A DNA stretch of 64,000 bases from an uncultured Pelagibacteraceae bacterium (lineage in GTDB: Bacteria > Pseudomonadota > Alphaproteobacteria > Pelagibacterales > AG-422-B15). The stretch lies in the NCBI GenBank assembly GCA_902571005.1, contig CACGAG010000004.1, forward strand, positions 64,178 to 128,177. The letters are read 5' to 3'. Position 1 is the first letter of the stretch, and each line of letters begins with the position of its first letter. Positions 13,612 through 23,688 of this stretch are shown piece by piece. The notes under the pieces are model-generated. The model ran no database searches. It was not told the DNA's origin and worked only from the letters and a program-made list of their open reading frames with translations. Both the position numbers and the translations under genes were made by a program.

Positions 13612-14490
13612 ATGTTAAAAAATTTAAACCCCAATTATGCAATTGTACTTTCAACATTATTGTGGGGTACGTGGTGGTATCCATTAAGGCTACTTAATGA
13701 ATATGCGTATAATAATGCAATTCCGCTCACTTTAAGTTTCACTATTGCTGGGTTATTTTTATTATTTTTTTCATACAAAAATATATCAAAATTAACTAAT
13801 CGAAATTTAATTCTTACAATAGTCGCAGCTTCAGCAGGAGCGGCTGCAATGTGTCTTTATAATGAAGGTTTAATTAGAGGTAATGTTGCAAGAGTCTTAA
13901 TCTTTTTTTATTTAACAGCTGTATGGAGCACTTTAATTGAAATTATTTTTCTAAGAGCGGCCTTAAACATTTATAGGTTTTTTTCAATTTCTTCAGGTTT
14001 TATAGGTCTGTTTATTATAACTGGGTTGGATCAAGGAAATTTTATGCCTAGCACACTTGCAGATCTGTTTGGAATTCTCTCAGGATTTCTCTGGTCAATC
14101 TGTGCAACACTCATAAGAATAAATGAGGAACTTGATGTAAATTTCGGTACTTCAGTTTTTATTTTAATTGGGGGTCTTTTTGTTGTTATTGCAACATTCT
14201 TACCAGATGGGCAAATACTTTCAGGATTTAACTATGATATTTTAAAGAATACTATTTTGATAATTTTAATATTCGCATTTATCTGGTTATTGCCAGGTTA
14301 CTGGCTTGTCACCTATGGTCAGGATCAAGTTGATCCAGGACGCGCGGGGATCCTATTAATGTTCGAAGTTGTTATTGGCGTTATATCTGCCTATCTGCTT
14401 GCAAATGAAATAATCTCGATTAGAGAGTTTATTGGTGCAATATTCGTAATGAGCGCACCATTAATCGAGATCTATTCAGTAAAAAAATAA
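13612..14490 (+). CDS. DMT/EamA-family transporter
   Basis: About 10 TM helices; LSTLLWGTWW start and DPGRAGILLMFEVV C-terminal motif. Confidence 0.85.
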   Translation: MLKNLNPNYAIVLSTLLWGTWWYPLRLLNEYAYNNAIPLTLSFTIAGLFLLFFSYKNISKLTNRNLILTIVAASAGAAAMCLYNEGLIRGNVARVLIFFYLTAVWSTLIEIIFLRAALNIYRFFSISSGFIGLFIITGLDQGNFMPSTLADLFGILSGFLWSICATLIRINEELDVNFGTSVFILIGGLFVVIATFLPDGQILSGFNYDILKNTILIILIFAFIWLLPGYWLVTYGQDQVDPGRAGILLMFEVVIGVISAYLLANEIISIREFIGAIFVMSAPLIEIYSVKK

Positions 14491-14513
14491 TTAAATCAGA
14501 CATTTATCTAATT

Positions 14514-14530
14514 AATTATGTAACATAATT
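14514..14530. promoter_or_regulatory. 17-bp inverted repeat upstream of the ABC transporter operon (candidate operator)
   Basis: AATTATGT-A-ACATAATT perfect 8-bp arms. Confidence 0.35.
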
Positions 14531-14605
14531 TAATTTTTTTTTATGTGGAAGCACTTACATATATATGTTTCAATTATAATGAAAGATATAAATTAGGAGA
14601 TTAAA

Positions 14606-15622
14606 ATGAATAAATTTTTTAAAAAATCTGCAATTGGAATATTTTTAGCAGGTTTTGCAGTTATTTTTGCAGTTAGTTGCGACAGGAATCAGGAAGTAGC
14701 TGATTGTGGCACAATTACTGTCGCAGAAATGAATTGGGCATCAGCTGAAATGTTTGCTCATGTAGATAAAATAGTATTAGAAAATGGGTATGGTTGTAAT
14801 GTTGAACTTGTACCCGGCGATACTATGCCAACAGCAACGTCAATGATGGAAAAAGGTGAGCCGGATGTAGCTCCTGAACTCTGGATTAATTCAGTTCGTA
14901 TAGCTCTAGATAATGCAGTAGGTGAGGGTCGTTTGCATTATGCAGCTGAGGTACTGTCTGACACTGGTGAAGAAGGATGGTGGATTCCTCAGTACATGGC
15001 TGATGCAAATCCTGATATCCAAACGGTTTATGACGTTATAGAGCGCCCTGAACTTTTCCCTCATCCGGAAGGTGGAGATGGAGCAATTTATACATGTCCA
15101 TCAGGCTGGAACTGTCAAATTAGTACCGGAAATCTCTTTAAAGCGTATGATATGGAAGCAAAAGGATGGAGACTAGTTGATCCTGGATCAGGTGGTGCAT
15201 TAGCTGGTGCTATCGGTGAAGCATATAATAAAGAAGAGGGATGGCTAGGATACTATTGGGCTCCTACAGCAGTTCTTGGCAAATATCCACTTAAGAAACT
15301 AAGCTTTGGTGTTGAACACAGTAAAGAAGAGTGGGACACTTGTACTTCTCAAGACGGATGTGCAGATCCAAAACCTAACGCATGGGTTGTTTCTGAAGTA
15401 TACACTGTTGTAACTGATAACTTTAAAAATAGTTCTGATCTTGGAATGGAATACATTTCAAAGAGAGCACTTCCAAACAGCACTGTTAATGCTTTATTAG
15501 CTTGGAAAGATGACAATCAAGCATCTGGCGAAGACACAGCTATACATTTTCTGAAAAACTATACAGAATGGCACAGCTGGGTTGACGGTAATGCGAAAGC
15601 TAAAATTGAAGCAGCGTTATAA
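14606..15622 (+). CDS. Glycine betaine/proline-betaine-type ABC substrate-binding lipoprotein (ProX/HisX-like)
   Basis: Lipobox AVSC, AEMNWASA, PDVAPELW, GYYWAP; SD AGGAG; followed by permease and ATPase. Confidence 0.88.
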   Translation: MNKFFKKSAIGIFLAGFAVIFAVSCDRNQEVADCGTITVAEMNWASAEMFAHVDKIVLENGYGCNVELVPGDTMPTATSMMEKGEPDVAPELWINSVRIALDNAVGEGRLHYAAEVLSDTGEEGWWIPQYMADANPDIQTVYDVIERPELFPHPEGGDGAIYTCPSGWNCQISTGNLFKAYDMEAKGWRLVDPGSGGALAGAIGEAYNKEEGWLGYYWAPTAVLGKYPLKKLSFGVEHSKEEWDTCTSQDGCADPKPNAWVVSEVYTVVTDNFKNSSDLGMEYISKRALPNSTVNALLAWKDDNQASGEDTAIHFLKNYTEWHSWVDGNAKAKIEAAL

Positions 15623-15637
15623 TTAAAAAAATAATAT

Positions 15638-15663
15638 TGCGGACTATAGAAATATAGTCCGCA
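15638..15663 (+). other. Intercistronic stem-loop between the binding-protein and permease genes
   Basis: TGCGGACTATA-GAAA-TATAGTCCGCA: perfect 11-bp stem, GNRA loop, no U-tract. Confidence 0.75.
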
Positions 15664-15670
15664 TATCTAT

Positions 15671-16567
15671 ATGAACTTTACCGAATTTTTTATTTCATTT
15701 CCTGAAATGAGTAAGGAGAGTCTTCGCCTATTTAAGAAGTCTCTTGATGGCGCTTACCGAAACTTTTCACGTGAATATGGCGATACAATTGAAGCGGTTT
15801 TTGATCCAGTGCTTTATTTCTTAGTATGGTTTGAAAAAATACTACAAAATTCTCCATGGCCTGTCGTAATAATCGTTTTCTTATTATTGATTTATTATGG
15901 AAGTAGAAGCATCGCTCTAACTATTTCATCTTTAATTGCTTTTTTATTAATTGGATATTTTGGAATGTGGGATGATACGATGTCCACAGTCAGTATTATT
16001 GGTGTTTGCACACTAATGTCTATCGGCCTAGGTATACCAATTGGCATATTAATGTCAGGATCTGATAGGGCGAGAGCCGCAATTACTCCAATTTTAGATA
16101 TTATGCAAACGATGCCAAGTTTTGTGTATCTCATTCCAGTTGTTATGTTATTGGGTATTGGTAAAATTCCTGGTTTACTTGCAGTTATAATCTATGCAAT
16201 CCCGCCAATAATTCGACTTACTGATCTTGGTATTAGAGAAGTTAATAAAGAAGTTTTAGAAGCCGCAGATGCATTTGGTGCAAATAGAACTCAAAAATTA
16301 TTTAGAGTACAGCTTCCATTAGCTTTACCAACAATTTTCGCTGGTATTAATCAAACAATAATGATGGCACTCGCAATGGTAGTTATTGCTTCAATGATTG
16401 GGGTTAAGGGATTGGGGCAACCAGTCTTAAAAGCCATCACCAATCAATATTTTACAATGGGCCTTCTCAATGGTTTGGCTATTGTAGCTTTGGCGATCAT
16501 ATTTGACAGGGTTTCTCAGTCATTTGGCAAAAGAATGCAGCAATATAGGGCTGGCGCAAATGAGTGA
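15671..16567 (+). CDS. proW: Betaine/proline ABC permease
   Basis: LDIMQTMPSFVYLIP, EAA motif EAADAFGA, QLPLALPTIFAGINQT. Confidence 0.9.
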   Translation: MNFTEFFISFPEMSKESLRLFKKSLDGAYRNFSREYGDTIEAVFDPVLYFLVWFEKILQNSPWPVVIIVFLLLIYYGSRSIALTISSLIAFLLIGYFGMWDDTMSTVSIIGVCTLMSIGLGIPIGILMSGSDRARAAITPILDIMQTMPSFVYLIPVVMLLGIGKIPGLLAVIIYAIPPIIRLTDLGIREVNKEVLEAADAFGANRTQKLFRVQLPLALPTIFAGINQTIMMALAMVVIASMIGVKGLGQPVLKAITNQYFTMGLLNGLAIVALAIIFDRVSQSFGKRMQQYRAGANE

Positions 16568-17585
16568 GATAAAGATTAAGATAGAAAATTTGTATAAAAT
16601 CTTTGGATCAAGACCAAGAGAGTACACAGACATAGTTAGAGATGGTGTTGATAAAGACGAGTTATTATCAAAATATAATCATGTTCTTGGGTTGGATAAT
16701 ATTTCTCTAGATATCAAGGAGCATTCAATACAAGTTGTAATGGGATTATCAGGGTCAGGAAAATCTACTTTGATAAGACACATTAATAGATTGATTGAGC
16801 CAACCGAGGGAACGGTCACAGTTGATGGAGAGGATATTACTAAACTTAATAAAATGGATCTTCTAGAGTTTAGAAGAAATAAAACAGGGATGGTTTTTCA
16901 ACGCTTTGCACTATTTCCTCATCAAAATATATTAGACAATGTCCAGTTTGGATTGAGCATAAAAAATCTAGATAAGTCAGATTCTATAGAAAGAGCAATG
17001 TACTGGATCGAAAAAGTTGGTTTAACCGGTTTTGAAAATAAATTCCCAAATCAATTGTCAGGAGGAATGCAGCAAAGAGTAGGTTTAGCTAGGGCGTTAG
17101 CTACTGATCCAGATATATTGCTAATGGACGAAGCCTTTAGTGCGCTTGATCCATTAATAAGAACTGATATGCAGGACCAATTACTGGACTTACAAAAGAA
17201 TTTAAATAAAACAATTATGTTCATAACTCATGACCTCGATGAGGCACTAAAATTAGGCGACCGAATAGCTATACTCAATGGCGGAAAACTTGTTCAAGAT
17301 GGAAATGCAGAGGAAATTCTTTTAAAACCCGCTGATCAATATGTGGCCAATTTTGTTAAGGATGTTAATCGTATAAAGGTTTTAAAAATCAAGACAATTC
17401 TTGACCAAGGAGGTGAACGAGCAAATTCTAATCCAACTGTAAACGTAAATGATAGTATTGAAAATTGCTTGCCGGCAATACTTGAAAGTCAATCCGGTCT
17501 TAACGTAATTGATGAGAAAAACAATTTTGTTGGCTCAGTATCAAAAAACAAAATTATAGATATTTTGCAAAAATCTAAGGATTAA
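16560..17585 (+). CDS. proV: Betaine/proline ABC ATPase
   Basis: GLSGSGKST, LSGGMQQR, LLMDEAFSALDPLIR; true start ATG 16560 overlaps the permease stop. Confidence 0.9.
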   Translation: MSEIKIKIENLYKIFGSRPREYTDIVRDGVDKDELLSKYNHVLGLDNISLDIKEHSIQVVMGLSGSGKSTLIRHINRLIEPTEGTVTVDGEDITKLNKMDLLEFRRNKTGMVFQRFALFPHQNILDNVQFGLSIKNLDKSDSIERAMYWIEKVGLTGFENKFPNQLSGGMQQRVGLARALATDPDILLMDEAFSALDPLIRTDMQDQLLDLQKNLNKTIMFITHDLDEALKLGDRIAILNGGKLVQDGNAEEILLKPADQYVANFVKDVNRIKVLKIKTILDQGGERANSNPTVNVNDSIENCLPAILESQSGLNVIDEKNNFVGSVSKNKIIDILQKSKD

Positions 17586-17600
17586 TTCTACTAAATTTTT

Positions 17601-20009
17601 TTATTGCCTTAAATTTTTACCGGTTTGGTCATAACAAGCATTATCAACAATTGAGGCATTATAAAACTCTCCATTTATTTCAACTTGCAAAAGTTCTTTG
17701 GATTTTAATAAATCATTGTTCAAGTATGCAAAAGCAATACTTTTTTGCACATAGTGGCCGAAGCCTCCAGATGTTACATATCCGATACATACTTCATTCT
17801 GCATAACAGCTTCATTGCTAGTCACATCTATGTTGTCAGTTTCAATTACCAAGGAAAATAATCTGTGATTGCTATCATCTTTAACTGCAGCGTCTTTACC
17901 AATAAAATCTTTATCCCAATTTATAAATGCAGAAAGGCCAGTTTCTTTTGGAGTATAGTCAGGTCTAAAATCTAGTGTCCATGCGCCCCAATTTTTTTCT
18001 AGTCTCATAGACATCAAAGCTCTTCCGCCAAAAGGTTTAATGTTGAATTCTTCTCCTGCATCCTCAATAGCCTCATACAGCTTGATTTGATAGTGTGGAG
18101 CTACATATATTTCATATCCCAATTCTCCAGTAAATGACAACCGGTTGACTAATGCAGGAACACCAGCAACAAACATTTGTCTAGAATCTCTAAATTTAAA
18201 TGACTCATTAGAAACATCTTCTCTTACCAATAATTGCAGTAAATTTCTAGACTTTGGGCCAGAAATAGCAAGGCCGTGATAATCATCAGATCTGTTTTTA
18301 TAAATGACCTCATATTGATCTAGATGTTGTTCAAACCATCGTCGATGCATTTCCTGAGCGGCACCAGATCCATAAACCATAAAATGATTTTCACTAATAC
18401 ACGAAACTGTAAGGTCCCCATATAATTTACCTTTTTTAGATAGCATTGGACTTAGTGCTATGCGTCCAACTTTAGGTATTCTACCTGCCAAAATATAATC
18501 CAAAAATTTTCTTGAGTCTTTTCCCTTAAATTCATGTTTAGAAAAATTAGCAATCTCTGTTACTCCAACGTTTTCTCTTACATTTTTTACTTCATTTGAA
18601 ACATAGTTATGGGATCGAGAGCGCTTGATAGTTGGTTCTTCGTAAGCATCATCAGGATTATCAGCAAACCATAGAACATTTTCGAGTCCAAAGCTGTCAC
18701 CCATAACTGCTCCCATGTTAACGAAGCGATCATATAAAGCTGTAGTTTTTTGTTTCCTTCCTTTTGGCAAAGTCTCATTTGGAAATGTCATAATAAATCT
18801 TCGTTCATAATTTTCAGATGATTTAATTGTTCCATAATGTGGAGATGCATAATCACCAAACCGTGCGACATCCATCGCCCAAACATCTATGGAAGGTTCA
18901 CCATCAATAATCCATTCTGCAATACATTTGCCAACACCTCCTCCTTGACAGAACCCGGCCATAACACCGACTGCTACCCAATAATTTCTCATACCTGGAA
19001 CTGGTCCAATGAGAGGATTTCCATCAGGACCAAATGTAAAAGGGCCGTTAATAATATTTTTAATTCCTGCTTTTTCCAAAGCTGGCATTCTCTCAAAACC
19101 AATGACTAATCGATCTTGAATATTTTCTAATTTTGGTTCCAACAGTTCATGTCCAAAATCTAATGGGGTTCCCTGAACTTTCCAAGGAGTAGACTTATGT
19201 TCATATGTGCCAAGCAACATGCCTTGTCCTTCTTGTCTAAAATAGATATTACCATCAAAATCAGTTCCAACTGGTAGCCTTGTTCCCTTAGGCATCGCTG
19301 CTATTTCTGGAATTGTATCAGTGATTAAATAATGATGCTCCATTGGCTGTACAGGCAAATTTAATCCAGCAAGTTTACTGACCTCTCTCGCCCAAAGTCC
19401 TGCAGCATTAATTACAATTTCTGTATGAATATTGCCCTTATCAGTAAACACATCCCAGGTTCCATCTTCTCTTTGCTTAGTGTCTTTAACCTCAGTATTT
19501 GTGTAATAGTTAGCGCCATGAACTTTTGCAGATTTTGCAAATGCATATGTGACACCTGATGGATCTACTTCTCCATCGATCGGATCCCACAAAGCTGAAA
19601 TATATTTATTGGGATCGATAAGAGGATTTTTTTTTGCAACCTCCTCTAATGAGATAAACTCTTGATCAAGACCCATATATCTGGCTTTTGTTCTTTCTCT
19701 TTTAAGATAATCAGACCAAACTTCATTAGAGGCTAAATAAAACCCTCCACTTGGTTTAAAGCCAACTGAATGACCTGAAGTCTCTTCAATTTCCTTGTAC
19801 AAGTTTATTGTATATGCCATCAGTCTGGATATGTTTGGATCTGAAGAAATGACATGAACGTTTCCTGCGGCATGCCATGAGGATCCTGCTGTTAATTCTT
19901 TTCGCTCAAGGAGAACGCAGTCCTTCACCCCAAACTTTGCTAAATGGAAAAGAATAGAGCAACCTACAACTCCCCCGCCAATAACAACAACTTTAGCATG
20001 AGTTTGCAT
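17601..20009 (-). CDS. Dimethylglycine dehydrogenase-like flavoprotein (DAO + GcvT domains)
   Basis: GGGVVG, GSSWHAAG (covalent-FAD His), GcvT folate domain SFTGELGYE; directly behind BHMT. Confidence 0.85.
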   Translation of the reverse strand: MQTHAKVVVIGGGVVGCSILFHLAKFGVKDCVLLERKELTAGSSWHAAGNVHVISSDPNISRLMAYTINLYKEIEETSGHSVGFKPSGGFYLASNEVWSDYLKRERTKARYMGLDQEFISLEEVAKKNPLIDPNKYISALWDPIDGEVDPSGVTYAFAKSAKVHGANYYTNTEVKDTKQREDGTWDVFTDKGNIHTEIVINAAGLWAREVSKLAGLNLPVQPMEHHYLITDTIPEIAAMPKGTRLPVGTDFDGNIYFRQEGQGMLLGTYEHKSTPWKVQGTPLDFGHELLEPKLENIQDRLVIGFERMPALEKAGIKNIINGPFTFGPDGNPLIGPVPGMRNYWVAVGVMAGFCQGGGVGKCIAEWIIDGEPSIDVWAMDVARFGDYASPHYGTIKSSENYERRFIMTFPNETLPKGRKQKTTALYDRFVNMGAVMGDSFGLENVLWFADNPDDAYEEPTIKRSRSHNYVSNEVKNVRENVGVTEIANFSKHEFKGKDSRKFLDYILAGRIPKVGRIALSPMLSKKGKLYGDLTVSCISENHFMVYGSGAAQEMHRRWFEQHLDQYEVIYKNRSDDYHGLAISGPKSRNLLQLLVREDVSNESFKFRDSRQMFVAGVPALVNRLSFTGELGYEIYVAPHYQIKLYEAIEDAGEEFNIKPFGGRALMSMRLEKNWGAWTLDFRPDYTPKETGLSAFINWDKDFIGKDAAVKDDSNHRLFSLVIETDNIDVTSNEAVMQNEVCIGYVTSGGFGHYVQKSIAFAYLNNDLLKSKELLQVEINGEFYNASIVDNACYDQTGKNLRQ

Positions 20010-20011
20010 TC

Positions 20012-21052
20012 TTAAGGTGTGAATTCTTTATTTACCTGCTTAAGAGTTTCGTCTGTTCCATGGTGAAAATGTTTTCTCATGTCCGGCATATATTTCATCG
20101 AAATTGGTTTTTTACCAACTGCAACTGACATTTCTCTCACGTGATGTGCTTCGGCGCCACAACAAATTCCAATAAAGTTGATATTTTTTTCCATACAGTC
20201 TGCAGCAAATTTAGCCATTTCAAAACGATTACAAAAAAGATTATCCAAGGCTACAGGAAATGCATTATTTCCAGGAATACAATCACATCCATCATCAGAA
20301 ATATTTAAAAAACCAGGTTCCTTTTCTGTTGTTCGATAAGGCACTGGCAATCCAGCAACATGGCAAGATACTTTATCTCTTACTTTTTCTAGAAGTTTCA
20401 TAGTCATATCTGGCCCTCTATAACAGTTTAAACCAACGACATTTGCGCCCAAGTCTTCCATCATTTTACATGCATCTTCAGGTGTATGTCCTTCTCTTGT
20501 CTTATCTCCCCTGGGTATCGCAAAATTTGTAACTGCAATCATGCCTTCATCTTTGATTGCTTTTAGAGCAATTTTCATTTCCTCAGTCCAATTAATTGTC
20601 TCAGCGACAATAAAATCAACTCCCGCTTCCTTTGCCCACGCCACTTGTTCCTCATACATTTTCTGACATTGAATAAGAGATTGTTTATCATTTGGATCAT
20701 AAATATTTGTATTTGCTACATCTCCACAAACCATAAGATCTAAATCTTTATATTCATTAGCTGCATCTTTTGCAATTTGAAGAGCATTTTTCTGTAAAGA
20801 CTCTAATAAATGTTCTTTCCCAATTATTCTTAATTTTTCTCTATGGCCATAATAAGTGAAAGCTTGGACAACATCAGATCCTGCTCTTATAAATTCTCTA
20901 TGTAATTGAGTAACAACTTCTGGGTGCTCTAAAACAACTTCAGGAACAAATCCTCCTGCGGATAAGTAACCTCTTCGTTCCATGGCGAATAAATAACCTT
21001 CAGCACAAATGATTGGTCCCTCATTTAATCTCGTTATCAGATCTTTTTTCAT
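20012..21052 (-). CDS. bhmT: Betaine-homocysteine S-methyltransferase
   Basis: AEGYLFAMERRGY, AFTYYGHREK, zinc ligands GLNC and GICCG. Confidence 0.88.
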   Translation of the reverse strand: MKKDLITRLNEGPIICAEGYLFAMERRGYLSAGGFVPEVVLEHPEVVTQLHREFIRAGSDVVQAFTYYGHREKLRIIGKEHLLESLQKNALQIAKDAANEYKDLDLMVCGDVANTNIYDPNDKQSLIQCQKMYEEQVAWAKEAGVDFIVAETINWTEEMKIALKAIKDEGMIAVTNFAIPRGDKTREGHTPEDACKMMEDLGANVVGLNCYRGPDMTMKLLEKVRDKVSCHVAGLPVPYRTTEKEPGFLNISDDGCDCIPGNNAFPVALDNLFCNRFEMAKFAADCMEKNINFIGICCGAEAHHVREMSVAVGKKPISMKYMPDMRKHFHHGTDETLKQVNKEFTP

Positions 21053-21163
21053 GAATGCACTCCTAATTTATTCAAACAATAAATAAAAAATTATACCTAA
21101 TTTAATATTCTGTCGAATTAAAAAAATGACAAGGCTATTCTTTTTTGGAATGAATAAGCATTT

Positions 21164-22534
21164 CTAATTTGAAAACAAACGCTCATCAAGCGGATAAGTA
21201 GAAATCGTTTCGTAACCATTATTTGTTACGACACCCTGATCCTCAAGCTTAACCATGTGGTCCCCATTAACTTCACCCACCAAAGCCTCGACACAAAGAG
21301 TCAGTCCTGGTTCCAGAACAGCGTCAAAGGCATTTTTAACCAAACGGTCTGGGTAGGCGATCAATGGCCATTCGTCACACATCCCGACACCATGCATAGG
21401 TGATGAATACTTGAGCGCCTGATACTTGTCCTGCAACACGTGCAAAGAATGAGTTAAGTCTTCCATGTGAAGGCCGGGCTTGAGAAGCCTTGTGTTATAG
21501 CGAATGTGTTCTACTGCCTCTGCATAACTCTCGCGCATATTAGCTGGCGCTAAACTATCTCCAATCCACCAGGTACGACTGAGATCTGCACAAATCCCAT
21601 AGGGGCCGATCAAATCAGTATCAAAAGCAAGAATTTCGTTCTCAGATATGATCCTTGGTCCACATTCTTGAAACCATGGGTTGGTGCGTGGCCCTGAAGT
21701 AAGCAGTCTTGTCTCAATCCACTCGCCACCTCTTTTAATATTTTCTGCATGGAGTACCGCCCAAACATCATCCTCTGTCACACCACCTTTTGGAATTTCT
21801 GCGCGTGCAAACTCCTCCATAACTGCCATCGAGCGTTCACAAGAATAAATAGAACAGCGCATTGCTCGTAATTCGTGCTCGGTTTTGATAGCTCGTGCAC
21901 GTTCTGTCACTTCCTCACCGTCACAGTACTCAAGCCCTGCTCGACGGACCGCATCTAAACCTGCAGGCTGAATTTTGTCTATACCGACTTGTGTACAACC
22001 TGGAGCGTGAGTGGCAATTAAGTCTAGTACCTCAGCTGCGAAAGCGTCAGCTGCTGGCCCAATCCGGTCACCACGGGCGAAGTAAAACATGTCCGCACCT
22101 GAGCGGCTCTCCCGAACAAGTGGATTGTATTGGGCGAGGAATGGTGCGTTTTTATAATCCCAGAGTACCATATACCCATCAGCACAAAGCAAGCACGCCC
22201 GGAACGGATTGTGGGTGTTCCACAACTGCATATTTGTCGTGTCAGTTGCATAACGAATATTAAGGGGATCAAACATCAATAAGCCCCCATAACCCCTGGC
22301 TACAATTGCATCAGTCAAGCGTTTGTGTCTGGCTTTGCGCATCTCAGTCAGATCTGGCAATATAAGCCCTGCATCTTGCCATTCAGCATAGGCTAATGCA
22401 GTTGGGCCAATTTCGATACGATCGCCATCATTGATTGTTCCATCGCCCAGATGCACCCCCTGGCTTGGGTCTATCTTATGATTATCGCTGTAGTAATTAT
22501 TTATATTTGGTAATATTTTACGATTTATCTTCAT
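21164..22534 (-). CDS. dddP: DMSP lyase DddP (M24B metallopeptidase fold)
   Basis: DddP-type motifs RIEIGPT, FDPLNIRYATD.TNMQLWNTHNPFRA, WIETRLL.SGPRTNPWFQECG; metal ligands FDTD/ADLSR/HGVG/CVE/KLED. Confidence 0.9.
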   Translation of the reverse strand: MKINRKILPNINNYYSDNHKIDPSQGVHLGDGTINDGDRIEIGPTALAYAEWQDAGLILPDLTEMRKARHKRLTDAIVARGYGGLLMFDPLNIRYATDTTNMQLWNTHNPFRACLLCADGYMVLWDYKNAPFLAQYNPLVRESRSGADMFYFARGDRIGPAADAFAAEVLDLIATHAPGCTQVGIDKIQPAGLDAVRRAGLEYCDGEEVTERARAIKTEHELRAMRCSIYSCERSMAVMEEFARAEIPKGGVTEDDVWAVLHAENIKRGGEWIETRLLTSGPRTNPWFQECGPRIISENEILAFDTDLIGPYGICADLSRTWWIGDSLAPANMRESYAEAVEHIRYNTRLLKPGLHMEDLTHSLHVLQDKYQALKYSSPMHGVGMCDEWPLIAYPDRLVKNAFDAVLEPGLTLCVEALVGEVNGDHMVKLEDQGVVTNNGYETISTYPLDERLFSN

Positions 22535-22542
22535 TTTATTAA

Positions 22543-23685
22543 TTAAGGATTAATTCTATTCAAATAATTTAATCTACCTACGATCTCATCCCTATCAATA
22601 TAATATCCTTGGAGGTGTCTATTACCTGAATTGGCATCGTATTCTTTTCTGCCATGCAAGACTCTTCTGTTATTAAAGCTAAAAATATCTCCAGCTTCTA
22701 ATCTGAAATTGATTTCAAACATAGGGTCATGTAGCAATGAAAGAAGTTTACGATATGCTTCATAGAAGCTATCCATAACTTCAGGACTGCAATCCATTAT
22801 TCCCATATAAGCAACGCTGAACCGTATATCATTAAAATCATTGTTGTGATCTAGAGTAAATATGGGTTTATGCATTACTCTAATTGTGTTTGCGGTGTAA
22901 TCTCTATTTACAAATTTTACAGGTGTATCAAGAAGAATCTTGAAATATTCAGTAAAATTTTCTTTCATATAGCTTGCAACTTTAAATCCATCTAACGCAA
23001 CTGATTCACCACCGGTTGCATCGTTTATTAAACAATGAAGGAACTGGTAGCCAGGAGCAATTTCATAATATGGTAAGTCGATGTGATTTCTTAGAGCTGC
23101 AGCTGTATATGCTGAATTATTTGGATTAGGAATGTCGATTACTTCAAATGGTGTTTTAAAAAAAGTTTCTCTATGATGACTTATATTAGATAGAACATCA
23201 AAACCTGACTCTTTTTCAGTGGGTGCATTTTTTACAATTGAAATGCCCTTATAGTGAAGTTGTTCTAACCATTTTTTTATTCCTTCATCTCCACTAATAA
23301 TTTCTTGATAATCTATTTGAATATCTTCAAAATTTGATTGCATACTATTATCCCACAAAAAATAAGGTGAACTATATTTTTTCTTACTTTTCATCGTGTA
23401 ACAGTTATGTCGAAGCCATTCGACGTCATAGTGACTTATATGGCCTCCTTCACTCCACTCAATCTCCAACTGCCCTTTATCATTTATTGTAAACGCTTTT
23501 GGGTAAATATTTTCTGAAACATTTAGCAAGTTAAAGGTTCTCTCCCTTGCAGTAGGGTGAACTTCTGATGGACAATTATCCCTTAACCATAAAAAATTAA
23601 ATTTACTCTGCTCACCATCACTCCAATCAATTAGAATCGATTTACCATTCTTTTTTAATGATGATATTGATGGATTCTCATTCAT
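22543..23685 (-). CDS. Gamma-butyrobetaine dioxygenase-like Fe(II)/2OG oxygenase (DUF971 + TauD)
   Basis: WLRDNC N-terminal domain, NNSAYT...HID, NNRRVLHGR; cotranscribed with cdhA/cdhC. Confidence 0.82.
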   Translation of the reverse strand: MNENPSISSLKKNGKSILIDWSDGEQSKFNFLWLRDNCPSEVHPTARERTFNLLNVSENIYPKAFTINDKGQLEIEWSEGGHISHYDVEWLRHNCYTMKSKKKYSSPYFLWDNSMQSNFEDIQIDYQEIISGDEGIKKWLEQLHYKGISIVKNAPTEKESGFDVLSNISHHRETFFKTPFEVIDIPNPNNSAYTAAALRNHIDLPYYEIAPGYQFLHCLINDATGGESVALDGFKVASYMKENFTEYFKILLDTPVKFVNRDYTANTIRVMHKPIFTLDHNNDFNDIRFSVAYMGIMDCSPEVMDSFYEAYRKLLSLLHDPMFEINFRLEAGDIFSFNNRRVLHGRKEYDANSGNRHLQGYYIDRDEIVGRLNYLNRINP

Positions 23686-23688
23686 ATC

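Noticed and set aside
21053-21163. SAM-II/SAM-V riboswitch upstream of bhmT (known from SAR11)
   Set aside because: Spacer is AT-rich with only a TATAAT -10 and AGGAG SD; I could not match the conserved pseudoknot sequences (an Infernal scan would settle it)
21164-22534. Xaa-Pro peptidase/creatinase call for the M24 protein
   Set aside because: The extended N-terminus and WNTHNPFR / SGPRTNPWFQEC motifs are DddP-specific
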